64,000 nt of DNA from Candidatus Magasanikiibacteriota bacterium (GCA_049287025.1 JBAQFA010000009.1:24802-88801); one strand, 5' to 3'; shown: positions 8,758-19,678, numbered from the stretch's first letter. The notes: generated by a model not told the origin, from the sequence alone. Translations and numbers: made by a program.

Positions 8758-10122
8758 TTATTTTACATACTTCAATGGGTTCATTCTACTGCCGTTAATT
8801 CTCACTTCAAAGTGGATATGTGGACCAGTGGATCGGCCAGTAGAGCCCATGAGAGCAATGGTTTGTCCTTGAACAACTTCTTCACCAACAGACACAAACA
8901 ATCTAGAAGCATGTGCATAAACAGTTTGTATTCCACCGCCATTGTTTAGAATAATATAACAACCATAACCACTATTGTATCCGCATTGTGATTTTATAAC
9001 TGTACCAGCTTTGGTAGCATATAATGGTGTACCGACTGGACCAGCAATATCTAGACCAGTATGGCGCCAACTGTAGTATTGAGTAATTCTTCTGACTGAA
9101 GTTGGCCATAAGTAACCAGAGCCAATAGCCGTAGCTGAAGCAGGTGGAGCAGAAATATTACTCAATTGATTATATTGGCGAGTAGGTTGGGTGTAGGTAT
9201 AAACTGGTTGAGGCATTTTTCCTCCAGGAATCATAATTTCCTCACCAATTACCAAGTCAGATCCATCATCTTTTAATTTATTAAATTCTATAATTTTATC
9301 TGCTTCTGCACTGTAAGTTTTGGCAATTTTTGACAGAGTATCACCTTTTTTAATTTTATGAATAAGACCAGAAGTGGGTAAAATTTTTAATTTATCTCCC
9401 GGACGAATGTAAGAGCGGAGAGTTAGACTGTTTGACCATAATAAAGTATTGACATCAATATTATATTTTTCTGCGATAGTGCCAATTGTATCACCAGTTT
9501 CTACATTGTGAATAATAATTTCTTCTCGGCCAGTGTCATTACTACTATTTGTAATATTAGCGCCGGTAATGATATTTGGTTTGGTAATAGCTGTTCCACC
9601 CAAAGCAATACTCGCGATGTTAGTGGGTTGATTGGTAGTCTGTCCAGAAAGAGTTCGGGGTTGAATTTGAATAGCACCTTGTTGCCAGGAATTTTCCACT
9701 GGCTTGATTGTGACATTGGCAGAATCTATTGTTATTTCGGTCAAATCAAAATCTTGTTCTCCTGGTCCAACAATTTTATAAAGAATGGTGTCTCTGCCAG
9801 GGATTTTGGTGGTGTCACGAGCATAGAGACGAGTATGAGGAATAGCGATCACAAAAATAATAATAAAGAGAATAATTTGTAAAGTACCGCGTTTGCCAAA
9901 GAGCTCTATGGCTTTGCTGTTCCAAGGCATTTTTAAAATGCCCGCGTGTTTTTCTAGTTGAAATTTGGCTTTGTAAAAACGAAAGCCAATGGTATTACGA
10001 AACCAATTTAATATATAAAACAGACCATTGCCATTAATTCTTAAAAGCCAAAATAGGGCTTTTTTCAAATATGTTAGGCCACGTAGTATATAGAGGAGAA
10101 TTTTATAGCCAAGTCTTTGCAT
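8758..10122 (-). CDS. LysM-domain M23 family metallopeptidase (cell-wall hydrolase)
   Basis: It has an N-terminal TM segment and two LysM-like repeats (HNVETGDTIGTIAEKYNI..., HKIKKGDTLSKIAKTY...). The C-terminal M23 motifs are HTGLDIAGP and GSTGRSTGPHIHFEVR. Confidence 0.85.
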   Translation of the reverse strand: MQRLGYKILLYILRGLTYLKKALFWLLRINGNGLFYILNWFRNTIGFRFYKAKFQLEKHAGILKMPWNSKAIELFGKRGTLQIILFIIIFVIAIPHTRLYARDTTKIPGRDTILYKIVGPGEQDFDLTEITIDSANVTIKPVENSWQQGAIQIQPRTLSGQTTNQPTNIASIALGGTAITKPNIITGANITNSSNDTGREEIIIHNVETGDTIGTIAEKYNIDVNTLLWSNSLTLRSYIRPGDKLKILPTSGLIHKIKKGDTLSKIAKTYSAEADKIIEFNKLKDDGSDLVIGEEIMIPGGKMPQPVYTYTQPTRQYNQLSNISAPPASATAIGSGYLWPTSVRRITQYYSWRHTGLDIAGPVGTPLYATKAGTVIKSQCGYNSGYGCYIILNNGGGIQTVYAHASRLFVSVGEEVVQGQTIALMGSTGRSTGPHIHFEVRINGSRMNPLKYVK

Positions 10123-10374
10123 AAAGTAGACAATATTATGCCTATAAAATGTGATTTTGTCAATTTTTTTATCGTTGTATAAGTGATTATTTTTGGCTAA
10201 TATAAGCTATTTTTTATTATTTTTAAGCTCGGGATAACTTTTTTAAAATATTGTTTTGGTTAGCTTTTTTTGGCTGTAGCAAAATTGACTTGTTTTGAAT
10301 TATTATATATAATAATGGCGCATAAAAAAGACGACAGAAAACGTCTTTATAATATTTATTCTTAATTATTTTCT

Positions 10375-12363
10375 ATGATTACGACATTGCTCGTACTTTT
10401 GCCAGCCTTGGCTGCCATACTTTATGGTGGAATTTTAATTGGCTGGATCAACAAACAGCCGGCCGGTTCAGAAAGAATGCAGGCCATTGCTAAGGCTATC
10501 CAAGAAGGCGCCAAAGCTTATCTCGGCAGACAATACAAGACTATTGCCATGGTGGCCGTAGTAGTATTTGTTTTGCTTTGGATTTTCTTAGGATTCAAAA
10601 CCGGTTTAGGTTTTGTGGTTGGGGCAACTTTTTCGGGAATTGCTGGTTATCTTGGTATGACTATTTCCGTCAAAGCCAATGTAAGGACAGCCGAAGCAGC
10701 CAAAAAAGGTTTTAAAGAAGCTTTGGACGTAGCCGTAAAAGGTGGTTCAATTACCGGCTTGTTAGTCGTGGGTTTGGGTTTGTTTGGAGTAGGAGCATTT
10801 TATTTAATTTTCAAAGATACTAATTCTTTAATTGGTTTAGCTTTTGGTGGTTCTCTAATTTCTATTTTTGCTCGTATTGGTGGCGGTATTTTTACCAAAG
10901 CCGCTGATGTTGGCGCTGACTTGGTCGGTAAAGTAGAAAAAGGTATTCCTGAAGATGATCCTCGCAATCCAGCGGTGATTGCTGATAATGTTGGCGACAA
11001 CGTCGGTGATTGTGCAGGTATGGCTGCTGACTTATTTGAAACTTATGCTGTGACAGCTGTAGCTGCTATGGTGCTTGGTGCCCTTACTTTTAAAGGTAAT
11101 GAAGAAGCAATTATTTTCCCATTAATCTTGGGTGGAATTTCTATTATTGGTTCAATCATCGGTACATTCTTTATTAGATTAGGCAAGACAAAAAATGTCA
11201 TGAATGCGCTTTATAAGGGTTTAGTTGTGTCGGGAGTTTTATCAATGATTGGTTTTTATTTTGCTAGTACAGTTTATAGTAAATATTTAAATTTAACAGT
11301 TAGTCAATTATTCTGGAGCGGTTTTATTGGTTTAGTTTTAACTGGTCTTATGGTTTGGATTACAGAGTATTATACCTCTACCAAATATGGTCCAGTAAAA
11401 AGTATTGCCAAAGCTTCTGAGACTGGTCATGGTACCAATGTGATTGCTGGTTTGGCTGTATCCATGAAAGCGACTGCTTTGCCAGTTCTATTCATTGCGG
11501 CTGCTATGCTTGGAGCTTATAGTTTGGCTGGTCTCTATGGTGTAGCTATTGCGGCTATGGCCATGTTGTCTATGACAGGAATTGTAGTGACAATTGATGC
11601 CTATGGTCCAATTACTGACAATGCTGGTGGTATTGCGGAAATGGCTGAGCTCGGTGATGAAGTGAGAGCAGTCACTGATCCATTAGATGCCGTTGGAAAT
11701 ACTACCAAAGCTGTGACAAAAGGTTATGCGATTGCCTCAGCTGCTCTGGCCGCTCTAGTTTTATTTGCCGATTACACTCACAAATTGGCTGAGAATGGTA
11801 TTTCTACAGTTTTTAGAATTGATGATCCAAAAGTTTTGGTTGGTTTGTTTATTGGTGGCTTACTGCCATATTTATTTGGTTCATTTTTAATGGAATCAGT
11901 TGGCAAGGTGGCGGGTAAAGTAGTAGAAGAAGTTCGTCGCCAGTTCAAAGAAATTGCGGGAATAATGGAAGGCAATGCCAAACCAGATTATGCCAAGTGT
12001 GTGGACATCGTAACCAAAGGAGCAATCGGTCAAATGGTTTTACCAGCTTTGATTCCAATAGTAGCACCGATTTTAGTTGGCCTAATTTTAGGACCAGCCG
12101 CTCTTGGTGGTTTATTGGTAGGTACAATCGTGACTGGTTTGTTTGTCGCAATTTCCATGACAGCGGGTGGTGGTGCTTGGGACAATGCCAAAAAATATAT
12201 TGAAAATGGTAATTACGGTGGCAAAGGATCTTTTGCTCACCAAGCGGCTGTTACAGGTGACACAGTTGGTGATCCATACAAAGATACTGCTGGTCCAGCC
12301 ATTAATCCGATGATTAAGGTGGCGAATATAGTTGCATTGTTGATTGTGGGGTTGTTGAAATAG
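10375..12363 (+). CDS. hppA: Membrane-bound H+/Na+-translocating pyrophosphatase
   Basis: 662 aa and polytopic. The motifs are [39 protein letters not shown] and [18 protein letters not shown]. Confidence 0.95.
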   Translation: MITTLLVLLPALAAILYGGILIGWINKQPAGSERMQAIAKAIQEGAKAYLGRQYKTIAMVAVVVFVLLWIFLGFKTGLGFVVGATFSGIAGYLGMTISVKANVRTAEAAKKGFKEALDVAVKGGSITGLLVVGLGLFGVGAFYLIFKDTNSLIGLAFGGSLISIFARIGGGIFTKAADVGADLVGKVEKGIPEDDPRNPAVIADNVGDNVGDCAGMAADLFETYAVTAVAAMVLGALTFKGNEEAIIFPLILGGISIIGSIIGTFFIRLGKTKNVMNALYKGLVVSGVLSMIGFYFASTVYSKYLNLTVSQLFWSGFIGLVLTGLMVWITEYYTSTKYGPVKSIAKASETGHGTNVIAGLAVSMKATALPVLFIAAAMLGAYSLAGLYGVAIAAMAMLSMTGIVVTIDAYGPITDNAGGIAEMAELGDEVRAVTDPLDAVGNTTKAVTKGYAIASAALAALVLFADYTHKLAENGISTVFRIDDPKVLVGLFIGGLLPYLFGSFLMESVGKVAGKVVEEVRRQFKEIAGIMEGNAKPDYAKCVDIVTKGAIGQMVLPALIPIVAPILVGLILGPAALGGLLVGTIVTGLFVAISMTAGGGAWDNAKKYIENGNYGGKGSFAHQAAVTGDTVGDPYKDTAGPAINPMIKVANIVALLIVGLLK

Positions 12364-12413
12364 ACACGGATTATACGGAATTAAAGGATTATACGGAAAA
12401 TAAGAAAAATTAA

Positions 12414-12447
12414 AACACTCTGCTAAATTGGCAGGGTGTTTTTTTTG
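12414..12447 (+). terminator. Intrinsic terminator after hppA
   Basis: The stem acactctgc/gcagggtgt is followed by a T8 run. Confidence 0.7.
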
Positions 12448-12471
12448 TTTAACACTTTTTAAATCGTAAAC

Positions 12472-12500
12472 TTGACTTATCATATAAAATATAGTATAAA
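12472..12500 (+). promoter_or_regulatory. AT-rich promoter driving GC-rich cassette 1
   Basis: TTGACT (12472-12477), a 17-nt spacer, then TATAAA (12495-12500). ACTTGTTGTCTGTCG follows and resembles the CTTGTTCTGACG leader of the other cassettes. Confidence 0.45.
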
Positions 12501-12616
12501 TGTATGTCCGATAGACTTGTTGTCTGTCGTTTTGGTATATAAGGCAACTTTGCTTTGTTGTTGTGTGTGCTTGAGTGAACAACCATAATCCTTGGATGGG
12601 AGGTGAGACAGGGGAA

Positions 12617-13588
12617 ATGGCAAAGGATCTTTCGGAGAGAAAATTTCGAAGCACCGTGCGGTATGTGCGACGTCTATTGGGGGGTGGGACTGGTATTGTG
12701 ACTGCTCAACAGCTTCAGAAGGCTGGAAAACGAGCTCGCGGTCCTTTCTTTGACCCCAGAGACCATGGTCTGGTTCGTCCGTTCTTGGAGCGTGGAGCCG
12801 AAGAAGGACTCTGGGTGCTTGAGAACGGCGGTGGTCGGGCTGTCGTACCTGATGGTGTGTGGGAACAGTGGGATAGTCGTGGCGAGAGACGGCGTGAGGA
12901 ACGTCAGTCACAAGTTACGGCTCAAGCAGGAACCCGGCCAGCTTCAGTGCTGGCATCACTAGAGGAGGTCTCTATGACCGACGGTACGAAGAAGGGGGTG
13001 GGCGTATCCCCGAAAAATCCTATCTGGGTTTGGCTTCGGGCCAAGAAGGGTAGGTTGGGAGAGCTCATCGAGCTGTTCCAGGGGGTCCATGATGGTGCTC
13101 CGGTTCTCGCCAAGAAGGGTGGGGCTTTGAGTTTCCATTTTGCCCGCCCGCACCTAGTTCGGGGCCTGCAGAAGCTCGGGATGGAGCAGATCGACGATGG
13201 GTCAAAGATCCTGGCCACGGTCTTCTCCTACCTCGCCACGCCTGAGCAGGGGGTATTCGAGCGTGTGGGTTCTGGTGGGTACCCCCGCTACAAGCTCGGG
13301 CCGAAAGGGCAGAAGCTCTTGACCGAGGTCAGGAGCAGGGGCTCTGAGCCCATGCCACCGCCCGTTCCGTCCACGTCACCGACCGCTGCCCCCAGCCCGG
13401 GTGACCCGTTCGCCGAGGAGGAGGCCGCTCTCGTGGCCAAGCTCGAGGCGGTCCGTGCCAAACGCCGGCGCTTCATCGTGGTCGAGGACCTCGTGGTCAA
13501 GGCCATGAAGAAGGCCGGCATCGAGGGGACAGAGCAAGTTGAGTTCCTCAAGGCGCTCGTCAAAAAGCTCGGGGGTTCCTCCGAGTAG
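12617..13588 (+). CDS. GC-rich cassette ORF 1, unknown function (ORFan)
   Basis: This is a long ORF in a compositionally foreign block; the 60-nt line starting at 13321 contains 42 G+C. GGGAGGTGA lies upstream of the ATG at 12617, and the GTG at 12575 offered by the ORF track is unlikely. The protein has a Pro-rich linker and a C-terminal helical region. I recognise no family. Confidence 0.6.
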   Translation: MAKDLSERKFRSTVRYVRRLLGGGTGIVTAQQLQKAGKRARGPFFDPRDHGLVRPFLERGAEEGLWVLENGGGRAVVPDGVWEQWDSRGERRREERQSQVTAQAGTRPASVLASLEEVSMTDGTKKGVGVSPKNPIWVWLRAKKGRLGELIELFQGVHDGAPVLAKKGGALSFHFARPHLVRGLQKLGMEQIDDGSKILATVFSYLATPEQGVFERVGSGGYPRYKLGPKGQKLLTEVRSRGSEPMPPPVPSTSPTAAPSPGDPFAEEEAALVAKLEAVRAKRRRFIVVEDLVVKAMKKAGIEGTEQVEFLKALVKKLGGSSE

Positions 13589-13795
13589 TCAAATCTCTAG
13601 GCAGTCTTGACTGCCTACGACATCGTTCTTTCAACCTGTCCCGTTCGGGACACCAAAGTCAGGGAAGTGAGTATCACTCCACATCGGAGCGTACCTTCCC
13701 TGGCGCTCCATCAAAAGAACATCTCTAGTTAGGTGTTTTTTTGTTTAACATTGATTTTACAGATTTTAAAAAAGATTTTATTTTATAAAAATTAT

Positions 13796-14560
13796 TTATT
13801 TCAAACTGTTCCACAACATCTCCCAAACAAGACGTTGGTTATCAGCATTGGCTTGGTCTTCAATAATGACTAGGATCATACTCTCCCAAGAAACAGTCAT
13901 TACTCGATTGCCATAAATAACAGTGTGACTTTTGAATGATTTACCTTCGGGTAAAAATTTTACTTCACGTAATTCTTCTGTGGCACGTCTAGCTTCTAAA
14001 ATACCGGATTTGGATTTTTCCACAATTATTTTTGCTTTAACCCCTAATGAAATTCGTTCGTTGGTTAATTTTTTATACTCTTCTGGAAAAGTTGTTAATA
14101 GTTTTTCTGATGAACCATATACCAAATTTTCTTTTAGATTTACTTTGTGTCTAATCCTGTCTAGATAAGCATTCCATACATTTTTTCTACCCTCAAAATA
14201 TAATACTTTTGGTTTGTTGGCACCTTTGTTTTGTAAAGCCTCAAGTTCTGGTATTAGATCAGCAAAAAGTTGCTCTTTGTAACGAAGTGAATCCAAAAAT
14301 TTTTCTGGTTCCATGGCCACAAAATATCTTTTTCTGCCTTTGTTAACCACATTCATTAAGCCTTTAAGAATTAATTTTTCTATAATGTCGTATGTAGTTA
14401 CTCTATGTATGCCGGCTTTTTGAGCAATTGTCTGGACTGAAGCATGACCAAGCTCTAAGGTGGCTAAGTAAATTTCGGCCTCTTTGGCATCTAGACCAAA
14501 TTGTTGTAATTGATTAGGTAAAATCATAAAATGTTGTAGGAAAAGTTCTACATTTTTCAT
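13796..14560 (-). CDS. TrmB-family winged-helix transcriptional regulator (paralog 1)
   Basis: The N-terminal FGLDAKEAEIYLATLELGHASVQTIAQKAGIHRVTTYDIIEKLILKGL matches the TrmB wHTH pattern. The gene is low-GC. The start may be the internal Met at 14527. Confidence 0.8.
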   Translation of the reverse strand: MKNVELFLQHFMILPNQLQQFGLDAKEAEIYLATLELGHASVQTIAQKAGIHRVTTYDIIEKLILKGLMNVVNKGRKRYFVAMEPEKFLDSLRYKEQLFADLIPELEALQNKGANKPKVLYFEGRKNVWNAYLDRIRHKVNLKENLVYGSSEKLLTTFPEEYKKLTNERISLGVKAKIIVEKSKSGILEARRATEELREVKFLPEGKSFKSHTVIYGNRVMTVSWESMILVIIEDQANADNQRLVWEMLWNSLK

Positions 14561-14639
14561 TATATCTATTTACAATAAATAAGTCAATCTGCTAATCTAA
14601 TGTAGTATATTATCGACATAATTAATTTAAAATAATACT

Positions 14640-15674
14640 ATGAGAAAAAAATATCTAATTTGGGCAGTTGTGGCAGTGGCCATAATAATGGTTGGCTATT
14701 TAACAATTAGTAGAATACAACAAAATTCAAATCAGTCCGTCAGCTCTAACCAAGAAAAAATACTAGATGTAAAATTAGGTTTAAGTATTCAGCCATCAAA
14801 TGGTTTGTTGTGGGTAGCAGTAGATAAAAATTTTTTTCTAGAAGAAGGTTTGAATGTACAAGTGCAAGAATTTGCCGCTGGAAAATTGGCTTTGCAAGCT
14901 ATGCTTGGTGGATCAGTGGATTTAACTACCCCGGCTGAATTTCCTGTGGTTTTGGCTAGCGTGAATGGAGAAAAACTTTCTATTCTAACCCAAGTCAATG
15001 AAACCAGCGGAGGGTTTCCTATGATTTTTCGCAAAGACAATGAGGAAACATTTAATACTTCTACTTATTTTATTAAAAAAAGAAAAATTGGCACGTCAGT
15101 TGGTGGTGGGCCAGAATATTTTACTCAAGATTTTTTTAATAAGTATCAGATTAAACCCAGCCAATATGAAATTGTCGGAATGAAACCTGAAGATTTACCT
15201 ATTGCTTTGGTAAATGGTAGTATAGATGCTATGGCAATTTTTGAACCCTTTACTCATTTTGCGATTGAACGCGCGGGAGCAGAAAATTTATTTGTTATTT
15301 ATGACGAAGATTTATATTCCGAAACCATTGTTTTAACAGGTAAAACTGATTGGGTCAAGACTCATAATGAAGAAGTGAACAGATTCATTCGGGCTTTAAA
15401 AAAGTCTTATGATTTTATTAAAAGTAATCCTGATGAGGCCATGACTTCAGTAGCACTTCATACCAAATTGGATTTGGCAACTGTAATAAGCATCTGGCCA
15501 ACTTTTACTTATGAACTTGGTTTACAGAAAAAATTAATTGCCTCTATGGAGAATGAAGCTAAGTGGGCTAGTGAAACAGGCAAAACAAAAAATGAGATAA
15601 GTGGCATAGATTTTCAGCAAATTTTATTTCCTGAACCTTTACAAGCATTGCTGCCAGGTTTGGTGAATTTATGA
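14640..15674 (+). CDS. ABC transporter substrate-binding protein (NMT1/NitT/TauT-like)
   Basis: It has an N-terminal signal anchor and type-2 periplasmic-binding-protein length. A cognate permease and ATPase follow. Confidence 0.7.
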   Translation: MRKKYLIWAVVAVAIIMVGYLTISRIQQNSNQSVSSNQEKILDVKLGLSIQPSNGLLWVAVDKNFFLEEGLNVQVQEFAAGKLALQAMLGGSVDLTTPAEFPVVLASVNGEKLSILTQVNETSGGFPMIFRKDNEETFNTSTYFIKKRKIGTSVGGGPEYFTQDFFNKYQIKPSQYEIVGMKPEDLPIALVNGSIDAMAIFEPFTHFAIERAGAENLFVIYDEDLYSETIVLTGKTDWVKTHNEEVNRFIRALKKSYDFIKSNPDEAMTSVALHTKLDLATVISIWPTFTYELGLQKKLIASMENEAKWASETGKTKNEISGIDFQQILFPEPLQALLPGLVNL

Positions 15675-16462
15675 AATTAAAGAAAATATTTTTATACATT
15701 TTACCCACTTTCATTTTTTTACTGTTTTGGGAGTGGGTCTCACGCAAAGGGCCTGTCAATCAGGTCCTTTTTCCTCCACCATCAGAAGTTGTCATTTCTT
15801 GGTTGAATTTAGTAAAAGATAATATTCTTTTACCAGATATTGAAGTAAGTTTGAAGCGTTTATTTTTTGGTTTGGTTATTGGTAGTACAGTTGCCATTAT
15901 TACTGGTTTATTAACTGGCAGAATAAAAAAAATTCATAATATTATCACACCTTTTATTCAAGCCATACGACCTTTGCCAGCCGTGGCCGTTATTCCTTTA
16001 GTAATTGTTTGGCTGGGTATTGGAGACACGGCAAAAATATTCACGATTGCCTTTGGATCATTTTTTCCTATTTGGTTAAATACTCATGTGGGTGCTGAAC
16101 AAATACCAAGGATATTTTTGTGGTCAGCCAGATTGTTAAATCTCTCCCCACTTAAACTATTTACGAAAGTGATTTTTCCAGCGGCGTTGCCCTTTATTTT
16201 AACAGGTGTTCGTACTGGGGCAGCCACAGCTTATGCTATGGTGTTTGTTTCAGAGTTGGCCGGTGCTTCCAGTGGTATTGGCTATAGAGTTGCCGTAGCT
16301 CAATTGGTTTATCGTACTGATCAGATGATGGCTGCTTTAGTTACCTTGGGAATTTTAGGAGCTTTAACTGATTTATTAATTGTTTTTATAAGCAAAAAAT
16401 TAACCCCTTGGATTAAAAATCATGAACATGAGCCAAATTATCATCAAAAATTTATCAGTTAA
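15671..16462 (+). CDS. ABC transporter permease (NitT/TauT family-like)
   Basis: 263 aa with six TM segments. It has a BPD-type inner-membrane component pattern and is start/stop coupled to its neighbours. Confidence 0.8.
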   Translation: MKLKKIFLYILPTFIFLLFWEWVSRKGPVNQVLFPPPSEVVISWLNLVKDNILLPDIEVSLKRLFFGLVIGSTVAIITGLLTGRIKKIHNIITPFIQAIRPLPAVAVIPLVIVWLGIGDTAKIFTIAFGSFFPIWLNTHVGAEQIPRIFLWSARLLNLSPLKLFTKVIFPAALPFILTGVRTGAATAYAMVFVSELAGASSGIGYRVAVAQLVYRTDQMMAALVTLGILGALTDLLIVFISKKLTPWIKNHEHEPNYHQKFIS

Positions 16463-17123
16463 ACGCGGAGAAAATTTTATTTTAAAAAATCTTGATTTGG
16501 CAATTCAAAAGGGTGAATTTGTGGCAATAGTTGGCAAGTCTGGCAGTGGCAAAACTACTTTTCTTCACACTTTGGCTGATTTTTTGCCTTTTTCTGGAGA
16601 TATTATTATCCCCTCTAATTTGGGAATGGTTTTTCAAGAGTATAGTATTTTTCCTTGGTTAACTGTGGAAAAAAATATTTCGCTTGGTTTGGATAAATAT
16701 CATCCTGATAAAAGAAAAGAAATAGTTGAAGAACATCTGGTTTTAACAGAACTGGAACACAAGCGTGATTCCTACTCAGCTGAACTTTCTGGTGGACAAA
16801 TTCAACGAGTAGCCATTGCCCGTTCACTAGCGCCCGATCCCGAGGTGTTATTAATGGATGAGCCATATAGTGCCTTAGATGCTCACACTAGATATAAAAT
16901 GCAAGAATGGCTTTTGGAAGTGTGGCAAAAGAAACAAAAAACCATAGTTTTTGTCACTCACAATATTGAGGAGGCGATATTTTTGGCTGATCGTATATTG
17001 GTTTTGAACCAGGGTAATTTTGTTCATGAATTTATTGTTCCATTTGTTAGGCCCAGGGTAGATGATATGAGATTTACAATGGAATTCAATTTACTAAATC
17101 AAAGGATTAAGTCTTTTTTGTAA
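16422..17123 (+). CDS. ABC transporter ATP-binding protein
   Basis: Walker A is GKSGSGKTT, the signature is LSGGQIQRVAIARSL and Walker B is LLMDEP. Confidence 0.9.
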   Translation: MNMSQIIIKNLSVKRGENFILKNLDLAIQKGEFVAIVGKSGSGKTTFLHTLADFLPFSGDIIIPSNLGMVFQEYSIFPWLTVEKNISLGLDKYHPDKRKEIVEEHLVLTELEHKRDSYSAELSGGQIQRVAIARSLAPDPEVLLMDEPYSALDAHTRYKMQEWLLEVWQKKQKTIVFVTHNIEEAIFLADRILVLNQGNFVHEFIVPFVRPRVDDMRFTMEFNLLNQRIKSFL

Positions 17124-17225
17124 TAAATGTAAAATGACATAAATAAACATTCTTATAAATGGGGTGTTTTTTTGTTTTCAAAAATGTGCTAGAATATAGG
17201 AGATAATTTTTATTAATCATTATAT

Positions 17226-19670
17226 ATGGGAAGACGAGGACGAGGGAGACAATCAAATTTAGACCCGGTTTTATCCCGGGGCATTTTAGCCATTGTAGTC
17301 GCGATTGCCGCCATTATTTTTGGGCTTAGTTTTTTTGGCAAAGCGGGCGCAGTGGGAATCATGCTTGATGAATATGTGTTAAGTTTTTTGTTTGGATCAA
17401 TCCGCTATACTGTACCATTTGTTATGTTGGTGCTTGCTTGGTATTTGGTGCGCGACACAGAATATAATTATCATCCTACTCACGGCATTGGCGCGATTTT
17501 ATTTTTTTTGAGTCTGGCCAGTTTTATGCATATCAAGTTTGAACCAAGTGAAATGTGGACGATGTCCCTGGATGGTTTTGGTGGTGGTATATTTGGTATG
17601 TTTGCTTGGCCACTCAAAATGTATTTGGGTGCGATTGCTGGTAAAGTAATTTTGGTCGGTATGGTGGCTGTTGGTTTCTTTTTAATTTTTAATACTTCGT
17701 TTGCGCATTTTGTTTTGATCAACAAAAAGATTTTTGCCGGCTTGGGCTGGGTTGGTAAATCAATTTTAAAATTATTTGGTTTATTTGTAGAAAAAAATAA
17801 AAAACATTTACAGGTTAACGGTGATTATGATGAAGATGGTGAAGATGTGGATGATTTGGCAGATAATGAAGACGAAGGAAACTCTTCGGCTAACGCTCAG
17901 AGTGAAGAAGAAAATATTGATGAAGATGAAAATACTAAAAAAGTTTTTGCCAAAAAAATTATTGGTTCAACTGATGATAATTCTTCTGATGAAAATAATT
18001 CTTCGGAAGACGCAAAGAGTGAAGAGGATGGTGTAGCAGCTTGGCAGAGAAATGTGGTAATAAAAAATTTACCTAATTATGATCTGTTAAATAGTAAGCG
18101 AAGTAAGCCAACGAGTGGAGACATCAAAGCTAATGCCCAAACTATTCATGATACTTTTCAAGAATTTAATATTGGCGTGGAAATGGGCGAAGTACGCGTG
18201 GGTCCGACCGTCACTCAGTATTCTCTCAAACCAGACAAAGGTATCAAACTAACTCGCATTACAACTTTGTCCAATGATTTATCTTTGGCTCTGGCCGCTC
18301 ATCCGATTAGAATTGAAGCACCAATTCCAGGCAAATCTTTAGTCGGGATTGAAGTGCCCAATTTTAAAGCTGCCATGGTGACACTCAAAGAACTTTTGGA
18401 AAGTAAAGAATTTGTAACTCGCGAACACAACTTAATGATTGCCCTGGGTAAAGATGTTTCAGGTAAAGTTTGGTTTGCGGATTTGCCCCGTATGCCTCAC
18501 CTGTTAGTAGCTGGTGCGACTGGTTCTGGTAAAACAGTATGTATCAATACAATTATCATGAGTTTACTTTATCAAAATACAGCCGAGACATTGCGTTTGA
18601 TCATGGTTGATCCAAAACGGGTAGAGTTAACACCATACAATGGTATTCCTCATTTACTTACCCCAGTCATTACCAATGTCCAAAAAACTGTTAACGCTCT
18701 CAAATGGTGTATTGGAGAAATGGATCGTCGGTTTGAATTATTTTCCAAATCCCATAGCCGTGATATTGGTTCATACAACAGCAAACATCCCAATGAAAAA
18801 ATACCTCATATTGTGTTTGTAATAGATGAACTAGCTGACTTAATGGCCTCCGCTGCGTCCGAAGTGGAAGCCGGGATTATTAGAATTGCCCAGATGGCTC
18901 GGGCAGTTGGAATTCACCTCATTGTCGCAACTCAACGCCCGTCAGTGGACATTATCACTGGTCTTATGAAGGCTAACATTCCAGCTAGAATTGCTTTTTC
19001 GGTAGCGTCTATTATTGATTCACGGACAATTTTGGATTGCCCTGGTGCAGACAAATTACTTGGCCGAGGTGATATGTTATTTTTAACTGCCGAGTTATCC
19101 AAGCCAGTGCGTGTTCAAGGAGCATTTGTTTCAGAACAAGAAGTTCATAATGTTGCGGATTATCTAAAAGGCGATGGTAAGGTAGAATATGATGAATCGA
19201 TTGTAGAAAAACCAACAGCCGGAACCATGAATATGTTTGGTGGTAGTTCTGATGACCAAGATCCTTTGTTTGAAGAATCCAGACAAGCCATTATTCAAGC
19301 TGGTAAAGCGAGTGCTTCATTTTTACAACGTCGTTTAAAAATTGGTTATGCTCGAGCCGCCAGAATTCTAGATGAATTAGAAGCAGCGGGAATTATTGGT
19401 CCAGGTGATGGCGCCAAACCACGAGAGATTTTGACCACCGAAGTTGAGGTGGAAAATAGTGATATGGGTATGGGACAAAAATTTAATGTTTTTGGTGGTA
19501 GTGAAGAAATCGTTGAAGAAACTAATAGTGATGAAGAGGTAGTTGAAGAAGAAAACAATCCAGATGAAGAAATTTTAGAAGATGGTGTTGAAAGTGAAGA
19601 AGAGAATGAAAATGATGAAGACATTGATGAGAACGAGGAAAAAAAGGAAGATGAAGTGGGGCTGTATTAA
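17226..19670 (+). CDS. ftsK: DNA translocase FtsK/SpoIIIE
   Basis: It has N-terminal TM helices and an acidic low-complexity linker. The motor domain carries GATGSGKT and VIDELADLM. A C-terminal gamma wHTH (ASASFLQRRLKIGYARAARILDELE) and an acidic tail follow. Confidence 0.95.
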   Translation: MGRRGRGRQSNLDPVLSRGILAIVVAIAAIIFGLSFFGKAGAVGIMLDEYVLSFLFGSIRYTVPFVMLVLAWYLVRDTEYNYHPTHGIGAILFFLSLASFMHIKFEPSEMWTMSLDGFGGGIFGMFAWPLKMYLGAIAGKVILVGMVAVGFFLIFNTSFAHFVLINKKIFAGLGWVGKSILKLFGLFVEKNKKHLQVNGDYDEDGEDVDDLADNEDEGNSSANAQSEEENIDEDENTKKVFAKKIIGSTDDNSSDENNSSEDAKSEEDGVAAWQRNVVIKNLPNYDLLNSKRSKPTSGDIKANAQTIHDTFQEFNIGVEMGEVRVGPTVTQYSLKPDKGIKLTRITTLSNDLSLALAAHPIRIEAPIPGKSLVGIEVPNFKAAMVTLKELLESKEFVTREHNLMIALGKDVSGKVWFADLPRMPHLLVAGATGSGKTVCINTIIMSLLYQNTAETLRLIMVDPKRVELTPYNGIPHLLTPVITNVQKTVNALKWCIGEMDRRFELFSKSHSRDIGSYNSKHPNEKIPHIVFVIDELADLMASAASEVEAGIIRIAQMARAVGIHLIVATQRPSVDIITGLMKANIPARIAFSVASIIDSRTILDCPGADKLLGRGDMLFLTAELSKPVRVQGAFVSEQEVHNVADYLKGDGKVEYDESIVEKPTAGTMNMFGGSSDDQDPLFEESRQAIIQAGKASASFLQRRLKIGYARAARILDELEAAGIIGPGDGAKPREILTTEVEVENSDMGMGQKFNVFGGSEEIVEETNSDEEVVEEENNPDEEILEDGVESEEENENDEDIDENEEKKEDEVGLY

Positions 19671-19678
19671 ATAAAATT

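Noticed and set aside
12112-12654. The 180-aa minus-strand ORF antisense to the hppA 3' end.
   Set aside because: It lies antisense to a strongly supported conserved gene and crosses the hppA terminator. It has no independent support.
12480-13563. Long antisense or alternative-frame ORFs inside GC-rich island 1 (12480..12911 -, 12750..12962 +, 12922..13218 -, 12959..13153 -, 13288..13563 -).
   Set aside because: GC-rich sequence is depleted in stop codons, so long ORFs appear in several frames by chance. Only the plus-strand 12617..13588 frame has a promoter, an SD site and a terminator in the right orientation.
12590-13720. GC-rich blocks interpreted as metagenomic misassembly or contaminant chimeras.
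   Set aside because: Each block is embedded between host-style AT-rich promoters and terminators. The 5' and 3' junction sequences recur at five or more independent sites, which random chimeras would not produce. This still needs confirmation by read mapping.
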